From IMG/VR virus record IMGVR_UViG_3300034107_000607: a stretch of DNA of 64,000 bases, one strand, 5' to 3'. This DNA is from an uncultured virus (IMG/VR IMGVR_UViG_3300034107_000607) (taxonomy: Duplodnaviria; Heunggongvirae; Uroviricota; Caudoviricetes). Numbering within the stretch: position 1 is the stretch's first letter; every line of letters starts with the position of its first letter. Made by a program: the position numbers and the translations under genes. Below, piece by piece: positions 40,158-47,133 of this stretch. The notes beneath the pieces are model-generated. The model did no database searches and was not told the DNA's origin. It was given only the letters and a program-made list of their open reading frames with translations.

Positions 40158-40304
40158 ATGAACTATCAAAGCTTTCGTAAACTATGGAAACAAAAGGTCG
40201 GACCTGTTCCAACTGATAATGAGATCCTTTTCAAGGATGGAAATCATCTGAACTGTGATTTTGATAATCTATACTATGGGAAAAAGAACGATGGACAAGC
40301 TTGA
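40158..40304 (+). CDS. Short degenerate HNH-like protein
   Basis: FKDGNHLNCDFDNL. Confidence 0.5.
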   Translation: MNYQSFRKLWKQKVGPVPTDNEILFKDGNHLNCDFDNLYYGKKNDGQA

Positions 40305-40554
40305 TTTTATCTACGATCTAGTCAATAAAGTATTGGCAAGTGGCAACGCCACACTATCAGAGTTAAAAGAAGAGAGACCTGAAGGCGAAGATGTAACATT
40401 CTATGATATGGGTCTTGATAGCGACGGTATGCCGTTTAGTTTTGGCAATGCAGACGATGTATATTCTGACGGTTTCCAATACGGTTCTCAAGCTGGTGAA
40501 TACGAGCTTGCGTCAAAGATTCTTCGTATTCTACATGGTGAAGAAGTAAAATGA
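40291..40554 (+). CDS. Hypothetical protein
   Basis: ORF track, internal ATG. Confidence 0.6.
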   Translation: MDKLDFIYDLVNKVLASGNATLSELKEERPEGEDVTFYDMGLDSDGMPFSFGNADDVYSDGFQYGSQAGEYELASKILRILHGEEVK

Positions 40555-40913
40555 AACCTCTTATTCATGCTCGTAACTCAGTAAAACGGTATGGTGGGGT
40601 AGAAGAAGATTATCTTCAAATTCACAACTGGTTTGATAGCACCAAAGCATCCACTGCAAATTTTTACCATCGTGCAATTCTACACAACACGTTTGGTATT
40701 TTCCTTGCCGAACAATTGTTTGGTGTCTATATTGTAAATAGTGATGGTAAGAAGATCTCTGTCCGTGATGTTGCAGAAGATCATGTTAAAGAGGATTGCC
40801 AAGGTAAAATTCCGACTATTGATGAATGGTTGGGTGATCTACCACCAAAGAATTGGATGGTAGGTAAAGGGTTGAAAACATATGTTGAAAGCATCGGTAT
40901 GGAGGCTGATTGA
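40551..40913 (+). CDS. Conserved hypothetical protein
   Basis: HARNSVKRYGG, HRAILH, DVAEDHVKED. Confidence 0.75.
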   Translation: MKPLIHARNSVKRYGGVEEDYLQIHNWFDSTKASTANFYHRAILHNTFGIFLAEQLFGVYIVNSDGKKISVRDVAEDHVKEDCQGKIPTIDEWLGDLPPKNWMVGKGLKTYVESIGMEAD

Positions 40914-41605
40914 TGGACGAAAAATTGCTTAATACATTGAAGAAAGAACACAAAACTCTTCAGGAGCAAATTAATGCTCTGAATGAGAAAATGCGTGAAA
41001 ACTCAAAGGAACTAATGAAGGAAGCATTCCGTGGCTTTCTAGAAAAATATGATGAAGTTGTCGAAAGTATTTTCTGGACACAGTATACACCTCACTTTAA
41101 TGATGGTGAAGCATGTGAATTTAGCGTGCATGACGTACATATTCTTTTGAAGAATGACGAAGATGCTTGCGAGTACGAAGGTTCCGAAATATACGACAAA
41201 GATAATATCAATAACTTGAAAGAACATATTGCAAAATGGGAAGCATGGGAAAAAGATCCCATGGGAGAAGCTCGAAAGCATAAAGAAGAATATATCAAAC
41301 GATATAATCGCAATCCTTTTGATACTAGTAGTTCGTATTCTTACAATAGACGTGAATACAAGACTGAAGAAGATCTTATGAGTGAATGGAAACCACATTA
41401 TGTTTCAAAGGAGAGTGTTCAAGATCAGCTTCAGACTGCAGAGTTAGTTGTGTCAAATTATCCAAATCTAAAAAAGGATTACAAAGAGATCCAAAGTATG
41501 ATCTCTGGTATTGATGAAGATCTTATGCGCGCTATGTTTGGTGACCACTCCAAAGTAGTTGTTTCAACTAATGGTATTGAAGTAGAGGAATATGAACATG
41601 ACTGA
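40910..41605 (+). CDS. Conserved hypothetical protein
   Basis: WTQYTPHFNDGEACEF, FGDH, EEYEHD. Confidence 0.75.
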   Translation: MMDEKLLNTLKKEHKTLQEQINALNEKMRENSKELMKEAFRGFLEKYDEVVESIFWTQYTPHFNDGEACEFSVHDVHILLKNDEDACEYEGSEIYDKDNINNLKEHIAKWEAWEKDPMGEARKHKEEYIKRYNRNPFDTSSSYSYNRREYKTEEDLMSEWKPHYVSKESVQDQLQTAELVVSNYPNLKKDYKEIQSMISGIDEDLMRAMFGDHSKVVVSTNGIEVEEYEHD

Positions 41606-41766
41606 GTTTGTTGAAGAATCATATGTAAACGAGTTTGACCAGAAGATCGAGCCAGGTGAGGAAGTTCTTTATGCTGGTTCTTCACGGAAGACTACAAGTA
41701 TTCAACAACACTTGAATCATTGGCTGGGACTTATTTCTAATAAATAGCTCCAAAAGGAGTTATTTT

Positions 41767-42207
41767 ATGAGACTATTCATATTTCTATTGGTCCTGTTAA
41801 TCCCTTCAATTGGGTTAGCAGGACCAAAAATACCTAAAGGTGTGCCATATCCATATGAAATTATTCGTGTGATAGATGGTGATACTGTGGAATTTAAAGC
41901 AGACTTTCTTCCAGCACCACTCGACAAAAAGTTATCATTACGCGTCTGGGGTGTAGATACACCTGAAAAATCATTCCGCGCAAATTGTGATTCTGAGAAA
42001 AAACTTGGAGAAGATGCAAGTAAATTTACAAAGAAACTTCTTGCTGAAGCAAAGAAAACAGAAATTGTAATTTACGAGTGGGACAAGTTCGGCGGCCGTG
42101 TTCTTGGTGATATTCTCATAGATGGTAAAAGTCTTACAAAACTTCTTATCGAGAATGGTTATGCCAGAGAATATTATGGTGATGCCAAAAAATCATGGTG
42201 CGAGTAA
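41767..42207 (+). CDS. Thermonuclease (SNase) family protein with signal peptide
   Basis: RVIDGDT, GVDTPE, DKFGGRVLG. Confidence 0.9.
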   Translation: MRLFIFLLVLLIPSIGLAGPKIPKGVPYPYEIIRVIDGDTVEFKADFLPAPLDKKLSLRVWGVDTPEKSFRANCDSEKKLGEDASKFTKKLLAEAKKTEIVIYEWDKFGGRVLGDILIDGKSLTKLLIENGYAREYYGDAKKSWCE

Positions 42208-42214
42208 AAAACAA

Positions 42215-42523
42215 ATGCTTTTAAATATTACATCGACAGCAAAAGAATATCTTACTAAGATGACTGAGGATAACGGCACACGATATGTTTATCTTAACGT
42301 CAAAGGTGGTGGATGCAGTGGGTTCAAATATGAATGGAACTTTACTGATGAGACCGACAAAGGTACATTAGTGCAAGACATTCTTGTCTTGGATACTATG
42401 GCTGAGATGTTTGTATTTGGTTGTACTGTGGATTACATTCGTAAACTAAGTGGCAACTATCTGACAGTATTGAATCCTAACGCAAAAGCAAAATGTGGCT
42501 GTGGTGAAAGTTTTGGCATATGA
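42215..42523 (+). CDS. IscA/HesB Fe-S cluster assembly protein
   Basis: GGGCSGFKY, NPNA, CGCGESF. Confidence 0.9.
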   Translation: MLLNITSTAKEYLTKMTEDNGTRYVYLNVKGGGCSGFKYEWNFTDETDKGTLVQDILVLDTMAEMFVFGCTVDYIRKLSGNYLTVLNPNAKAKCGCGESFGI

Positions 42524-42593
42524 TTATTGAAAATAACTGTTGACATTTCCTCCCTTATAGTATATACTGATTCTATAAGGTAAAGGAAACCAA

Positions 42594-42869
42594 ATGAAAG
42601 CAGTTTCTCCGTGGAACTCAAAAACTGAATGCCCTCTCGAAGGTTTTCAAGAATTCAAAAAGTGTCTGAATGATGCAAGTTATCATCATGCAGGTTCTCA
42701 ACAAGAATGGAACCTTGCAAAGGCTTGCATCAGTAAAGCTGTAGAGATTACAATCGAACAAGAATGGCCTTACTGGGCCATGGATCGAATGTTCCGTGAA
42801 ATTGAACCTTTAGTTGAATGGAGTCAGTTTATGCAGGCCTATATAAACAAACTTGGTGAAAAGGTCTAA
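42594..42869 (+). CDS. Hypothetical protein
   Basis: Follows class 1 promoter and RBS. Confidence 0.7.
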   Translation: MKAVSPWNSKTECPLEGFQEFKKCLNDASYHHAGSQQEWNLAKACISKAVEITIEQEWPYWAMDRMFREIEPLVEWSQFMQAYINKLGEKV

Positions 42870-42871
42870 TC

Positions 42872-43174
42872 ATGCTGAAACTTGTTCCGTTACATACAGA
42901 ACTTACGACTCTCGGTCTTCACTATTATGAAAATGGTGGGAGTGCTTCTGTTTCTAGGACTCTATTTCGTGGTGATAAGAATAAGCATTATGACAAAATT
43001 CACACGATGATTTTGGCCCGAGGATATAAACGAGTAGTATTTAATGAGTATGGCAGTTCGGAGTATGTAAAAAAACTGAATGAAGGGCGGAATACAGCGA
43101 CAGTTAAAATTGCTCATACACCTGATGGGCATGTTTACTCTGTTTCTACAATTACTTATCATAATCACTATTAA
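42872..43174 (+). CDS. Hypothetical protein
   Basis: ORF track. Confidence 0.6.
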   Translation: MLKLVPLHTELTTLGLHYYENGGSASVSRTLFRGDKNKHYDKIHTMILARGYKRVVFNEYGSSEYVKKLNEGRNTATVKIAHTPDGHVYSVSTITYHNHY

Positions 43175-43237
43175 ATTAGTTGACAAACGATTCTGATTAT
43201 ATTAATATGTCTATGTGAAATGAAAAGGAATCATGCT

Positions 43238-43432
43238 ATGGATATTCAAGCCGCCTATGAGTTTGCAAAAAATATGCGAAATTTGGCTCGGCGTGCAGAT
43301 ACGTTTGGTTATAACCGTCAACAGATTCTTGAAGCAATGATTGATATTGCCGAGAATTATGAAGAGGTTGCTGAACGGTCTGAGATGGAAATGATTATTC
43401 AATCCCAACGTGATTGGGTGGAGGCCGCTTGA
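43238..43432 (+). CDS. Hypothetical protein
   Basis: Follows promoter at about 43180. Confidence 0.6.
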   Translation: MDIQAAYEFAKNMRNLARRADTFGYNRQQILEAMIDIAENYEEVAERSEMEMIIQSQRDWVEAA

Positions 43433-43530
43433 TGTTTATTCTTGGTTTTATCACTGGAATTGTCACAACATTGATCTGTATATGGTTAGTTTTACGGAAC
43501 CCTCCAAATTTTCTGCCATGGTAACAAACT

Positions 43531-43753
43531 AATTGTTGACAAACACACAGAATCAGTATAATATTTAAATATACCGAAACGGAGACTGACTGATGAACTT
43601 CTATAAAAAAATTGGACGAAAAGCAGCTGGTTGCTGGGGTCGCCCCGGTAACAAATATGCAAAACGTATGAGTGCCAAGGCTATTCGCCGCCTTTCTAAA
43701 AATTATGAATAAAAGTTAAAAATAATTGTTGACAAACACACAGAATCAGTATA
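43531..43753 (+). repeat. Duplicated 30-bp promoter AATTGTTGACAAACACACAGAATCAGTATA (43531-43560, 43724-43753) flanking a small basic ORF
   Basis: Exact repeat; second copy plus TATAAATA (43759-43766) is upstream of the tRNA leader. Confidence 0.85.
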
Positions 43754-43853
43754 TATTATATAAATAAACCAAATAATGGATGAATACAGCAACTAAAATT
43801 GTTTGATATACAAAACCAAGCTCATCCAGATTAAAACAAAACAGAGGACTAAA

Positions 43854-43913
43854 ATGACTTACTTTATTTGCAAATTTGAGGAATATATGACTTGGGAGGG
43901 TTCCCGAGACTGA
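43854..43913 (+). CDS. Putative attenuator leader peptide MTYFICKFEEYMTWEGSRD
   Basis: SD AGAGGA at 43843-43848; codons match downstream tRNA specificities; overlaps antiterminator strand. Confidence 0.8.
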   Translation: MTYFICKFEEYMTWEGSRD

Positions 43914-43942
43914 TATCTTATGCAAATAAGTATATAGTTTTA

Positions 43943-43979
43943 GAACCCTCCTGGAAAAATCCTCGGAGGGTTTTTTATT
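43943..43979 (+). terminator. Intrinsic terminator (attenuator) before tRNA cluster
   Basis: AACCCTCC...GGAGGGTT stem followed by TTTTATT. Confidence 0.85.
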
Positions 43980-43991
43980 GCTCTTTGACAA
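43979..43991 (+). promoter_or_regulatory. boxA-like antitermination element
   Basis: TGCTCTTTGACA versus rrn boxA consensus TGCTCTTTAACA, just before the first tRNA. Confidence 0.65.
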
Positions 43992-43996
43992 TTTAG

Positions 43997-44070
43997 GTTC
44001 CTATAGCTCAATGGTAGAGCATTCGCCTGATAAGCGAGAGACCGAGGATCGTTACCTCGTAGGAACACCA
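43997..44070 (+). tRNA. tRNA-Ile(GAU)
   Basis: Cloverleaf, anticodon loop CTGATAA, encoded CCA; atypical T-loop ATCGTTA. Confidence 0.88.
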
Positions 44071-44075
44071 AATAT

Positions 44076-44159
44076 GGGTCGGATGCCACAAGGTGTGGCA
44101 GCGGATTGTAAATCCGTCGGGGAAACCCACGGCAGGTTCGATTCCTGCCCGACCCACCA
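44076..44159 (+). tRNA. tRNA-Tyr(GUA)
   Basis: Loop TTGTAAA, long variable arm, TTCGA, CCA. Confidence 0.93.
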
Positions 44160-44163
44160 AAAT

Positions 44164-44239
44164 GTAGCCCTGGTATAACTGGTGTGTACGCTAGTCTGAA
44201 AAACTAGAGGATGCGGTTCGATCCCGCGGGGCTGCACCA
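44164..44239 (+). tRNA. tRNA-Phe(GAA)
   Basis: Loop CTGAAAA, TTCGA, CCA. Confidence 0.92.
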
Positions 44240-44242
44240 TTA

Positions 44243-44342
44243 TTCTGATGATACACTGGTTAATCCATCATAGAAAAGTAGGTATGCGTATCTGTTGTCC
44301 GACGATAACTTCATAGGGGTAAGGAACAGTGTATCTTCTGAA
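44243..44342 (+). ncRNA. Unknown structured RNA 1 within tRNA cluster
   Basis: Closing stem GATACACTG/CAGTGTATC, non-coding, between two tRNAs. Confidence 0.5.
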
Positions 44343-44346
44343 TAAT

Positions 44347-44423
44347 GGCGCATTGGACTTCTTGGCGAAGGTCGCCGCCCTTTCAAGGCGGAGAAACGGG
44401 TTCGAAACCCGTATGCGCTACCA
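44347..44423 (+). tRNA. tRNA-Glu(UUC)
   Basis: Loop CTTTCAA, TTCGA, CCA. Confidence 0.93.
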
Positions 44424-44431
44424 AAATTTAC

Positions 44432-44517
44432 GGACCGCGTCCTATCATTGGTCAATAGGAACAGGCTCTTAACCTGTCGCGAAAGCTATCTGGGTTCAAT
44501 TCCCAGGCGGTTCACCA
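44432..44517 (+). tRNA. tRNA-Lys(CUU) with extended variable arm
   Basis: ACAGG-CTCTTAA-CCTGT, 12-nt variable region with GAAA loop, CCA. Confidence 0.85.
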
Positions 44518-44525
44518 AACTATAC

Positions 44526-44613
44526 GGTCCAGGTGCTCTCATTGGTCAAGAGCGGTGTCCTTTTAAGTCACTACCGAAAGGTTATAAGGGTTCAATTCCC
44601 TTCTGGATCTCCA
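44526..44613 (+). tRNA. tRNA-Lys(UUU) with extended variable arm
   Basis: GTGTC-CTTTTAA-GTCAC, variable ACC-GAAA-GGT, CCA. Confidence 0.82.
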
Positions 44614-44717
44614 TTAACTTTATGATGCACTAGGCGTATAGGGGTTGCTCCCGAAAACGATAAAACCTTGCGCTGGAATGTTCTCAATAAGAACCCTAGT
44701 GCAGCATTAAGTTAATG
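44612..44717 (+). ncRNA. Unknown structured RNA 2 within tRNA cluster
   Basis: CATTAACTT/AAGTTAATG and TGCACTAGG/CCTAGTGCA stems, internal hairpins. Confidence 0.55.
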
Positions 44718-44722
44718 ATCAT

Positions 44723-44794
44723 GGCGTCTCTAAGTGGTTTAGACGGGTCTCTCATAAGGATCTAGGGTCGGTTCAACTCCGACAGACGCTACCA
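44723..44794 (+). tRNA. tRNA with CAU anticodon (Met or Ile2), shortened D-arm
   Basis: Loop CTCATAA, T-arm GTCGG-TTCAACT-CCGAC, CCA. Confidence 0.75.
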
Positions 44795-44810
44795 ACTATA
44801 AAGGCGAAAA

Positions 44811-44987
44811 TTGGATATTAAATATTTTTCTTCATGGGAATGGCAACCAATAGAATACATGCCAGCTGGATGTTCATATGTTCTTGTAAGAGAAGACGGC
44901 GGAAATACCAGAGAACTGTGTTCTTGCGACTACTGGTGGTTATCAAAGGAAAAGAAAGATCTATACACTACGTTTAGATTTCAATGA
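44811..44987 (+). CDS. Small hypothetical protein (WQPIE motif)
   Basis: Manual ORF, TTG start. Confidence 0.45.
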   Translation: MDIKYFSSWEWQPIEYMPAGCSYVLVREDGGNTRELCSCDYWWLSKEKKDLYTTFRFQ

Positions 44988-45006
44988 TTAATAAATAGTA
45001 AATAAT

Positions 45007-45088
45007 GGCGCCTGGCCAGGACGGTAATGGGTCGGATTGCAAATCCGAAGCACGAAAGTACTCGGTTCGACTCCGAGAGGCGCCTCCA
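45007..45088 (+). tRNA. tRNA-Cys(GCA) with extended variable arm
   Basis: TCGGA-TTGCAAA-TCCGA, U73, variable AC-GAAA-GT, CCA. Confidence 0.9.
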
Positions 45089-45105
45089 AAATTAAAAGGT
45101 ATATC

Positions 45106-45444
45106 ATGATAGATAAAGCATTTGAATTGATTATGAAAGCATTTAGTGGTGAACAACTCACCGAGGACGAAAACAAATACTTGCGTGCACGTAATGCTAA
45201 GTATGAGCTTGTTCGATATGTTTACATGGAAAAGATGAAGCACGAAGGTTCGGGTTTAACCAATTTTCAATTCTCTCCTGGCGAGTCATTTATAGACACA
45301 CCGATCATTGATATTGTCAATGAACTTTTAAAAATGAACGAATCCATCAAAAATGGTAACTATGAAGTTGTAGACTTTGGCGATTCAAACCGGAAACACA
45401 ATCCACCACATACTGGAAAAACAAAAAGGACATTGGTAAACTAA
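45106..45444 (+). CDS. Hypothetical protein
   Basis: ATG after tRNA-Cys; the track's upstream extension overlaps the tRNA. Confidence 0.65.
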   Translation: MIDKAFELIMKAFSGEQLTEDENKYLRARNAKYELVRYVYMEKMKHEGSGLTNFQFSPGESFIDTPIIDIVNELLKMNESIKNGNYEVVDFGDSNRKHNPPHTGKTKRTLVN

Positions 45445-45669
45445 TGATATGTTGGATACTTCTCAAAAATCTCGACTCTTATAAAGCACTTTGCCATGAA
45501 GAAGGAATAAACCCCTATATTATAGAGCAAACTGAAGACAAAGCACATGTTCAAATGACAGCAAATACTGCTTCAACTTGGAACATGGTTGGTTATTGGT
45601 ACGAAATGGGTTGACATTTTCCTTCTTATAGTATATACTGATTCTATAAAGTAGAAAAGGATCCCACAA

Positions 45670-45903
45670 ATGAGACCTATCAATACCAAAGAACTTGCAG
45701 ATCAAGACATTATTGCTCTTGTTACCGCATTTGACAGACAAGGACTTCCACTTGACCGTCGCTTTGAAGGTGACGATGATATGCTTCGCGATTTTATGAA
45801 GAATCATGAAATCAATCATTTTGCCGCAAATGTTGCTATTGTTCTTTGTGTTTTGCTCAGAGAAGCAACTATTCGTGGTCTTGTAATCCCTCAGGTGAAT
45901 TAA
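45670..45903 (+). CDS. Hypothetical protein
   Basis: Follows class 1 promoter. Confidence 0.65.
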   Translation: MRPINTKELADQDIIALVTAFDRQGLPLDRRFEGDDDMLRDFMKNHEINHFAANVAIVLCVLLREATIRGLVIPQVN

Positions 45904-46347
45904 ATGAACATTAAACACAACCCATATCTTGATGTACAAAAAGCTGCTCAACTATATTCCGAAAAGGATGGTGTTGAAGTCAAGTATGTTTGTACATCTT
46001 CTACTTCAAACTATGGTGCTTCGGCCGCAGATATCTTTTTCCGTGAGACACCACACCCAGAGTTCGGCAATCGGTATTTTGGATTGTATAATGATTCGCA
46101 GGGTAGACTTATGATTACCAATGCAGACCGAATTGAAGATCTTAACTTTGACATGGTCGAAGTAAATGATGAACTTCATTATAGTCAACACAGACACGAT
46201 TTTCGTGGTGTCGGTAATGGTGTTTCTATTGACGGTGGTCGGGACTATTTCAGAGTAGCATTTATTGATCGAGATTCGTTTACTCGGAAAACACTGAAAA
46301 TAAAAGATGGAGTCTTTGTAGAAACGGTCTCGATAAATAGTCCGTGA
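45904..46347 (+). CDS. Conserved hypothetical phage protein
   Basis: PHPEFGNRYFG, YSQHRHDF, IDGGRDY. Confidence 0.75.
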   Translation: MNIKHNPYLDVQKAAQLYSEKDGVEVKYVCTSSTSNYGASAADIFFRETPHPEFGNRYFGLYNDSQGRLMITNADRIEDLNFDMVEVNDELHYSQHRHDFRGVGNGVSIDGGRDYFRVAFIDRDSFTRKTLKIKDGVFVETVSINSP

Positions 46348-46368
46348 GTACATTACAAAGGTTCTATC

Positions 46369-47133
46369 ATGCATTATAAGAGTATTTTTATATCTGATAT
46401 ACATTTAGGGAGCAGAGGGTGTCAAGCAGATGCTCTCTGCTCTTTTTTGAAAACTAATACATGTAAAAATTTATATCTTGTTGGTGATGTTATAGATGGT
46501 TGGCAACTTCAAAAACGATGGTATTTTCCTCAAAGTCATGCTAATGTGATAAGACGAATTTTAACTGCTGCAAAACGTGGAACAAATGTCTATTATATTC
46601 TAGGAAACCACGATGAAGCTCTTCGAAAGTTTTTACAATTTGATATTGAAGTAGGTAATATCAAGCTTCTAGATAGAATAGATTATACTGGGATTAATGG
46701 CAAAAGATATCTTGTAATACACGGAGACTTCTTTGATACATTAATGGTAAATCACAAATGGTTAATGCATATTGGAGATGTTGCATATAACTTTATGATC
46801 TGGTTTAACATACATTTCAATAAAATACGAAATTTATTGAACCTAGAATATTGGAGCTTAAGTAAATGGCTAAAACAAAACACCAAAGAAGCATTAAATT
46901 TTATTAACAATTTTGAAAATCGTGTATCTCAGTATTGCAAAGAAGAAGGTTATGATGGTGTTATATGTGGGCATATTCACGTAGCAAAGATTAAAACTAT
47001 TGATGAAATTCAATATATGAATTGCGGTGATTGGGTTGAATCCGGAACTGCCTTGGTAGAACACATGGATGGCAGGTTTGAAATAATAGAATATAGGTAT
47101 AATAAAAATGTCGAAGATACTTCTGATTACTGA
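46369..47133 (+). CDS. LpxH/PlcP-like metallophosphoesterase
   Basis: FISDIHLG, LVGDVIDGW, GNHDE, HGD, CGHIH, NCGDWVES. Confidence 0.88.
   Translation: MHYKSIFISDIHLGSRGCQADALCSFLKTNTCKNLYLVGDVIDGWQLQKRWYFPQSHANVIRRILTAAKRGTNVYYILGNHDEALRKFLQFDIEVGNIKLLDRIDYTGINGKRYLVIHGDFFDTLMVNHKWLMHIGDVAYNFMIWFNIHFNKIRNLLNLEYWSLSKWLKQNTKEALNFINNFENRVSQYCKEEGYDGVICGHIHVAKIKTIDEIQYMNCGDWVESGTALVEHMDGRFEIIEYRYNKNVEDTSDY

Noticed and set aside
41598..41747. Short ORF MTEFVEESYVNEFDQKIEPGEEVLYAG
   Set aside because: Could be a truncated gene remnant, but nothing supports a function or a breakpoint.
43746..43991. 81-aa minus-strand ORF over the tRNA leader
   Set aside because: Antisense to a promoter-leader-terminator unit, with no RBS; the + strand interpretation explains the sequence.
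43978..44633. ORFs 43978-44178, 44052-44240, 44240-44455 and 44448-44633
   Set aside because: They overlap clear tRNA genes and are spurious translations.
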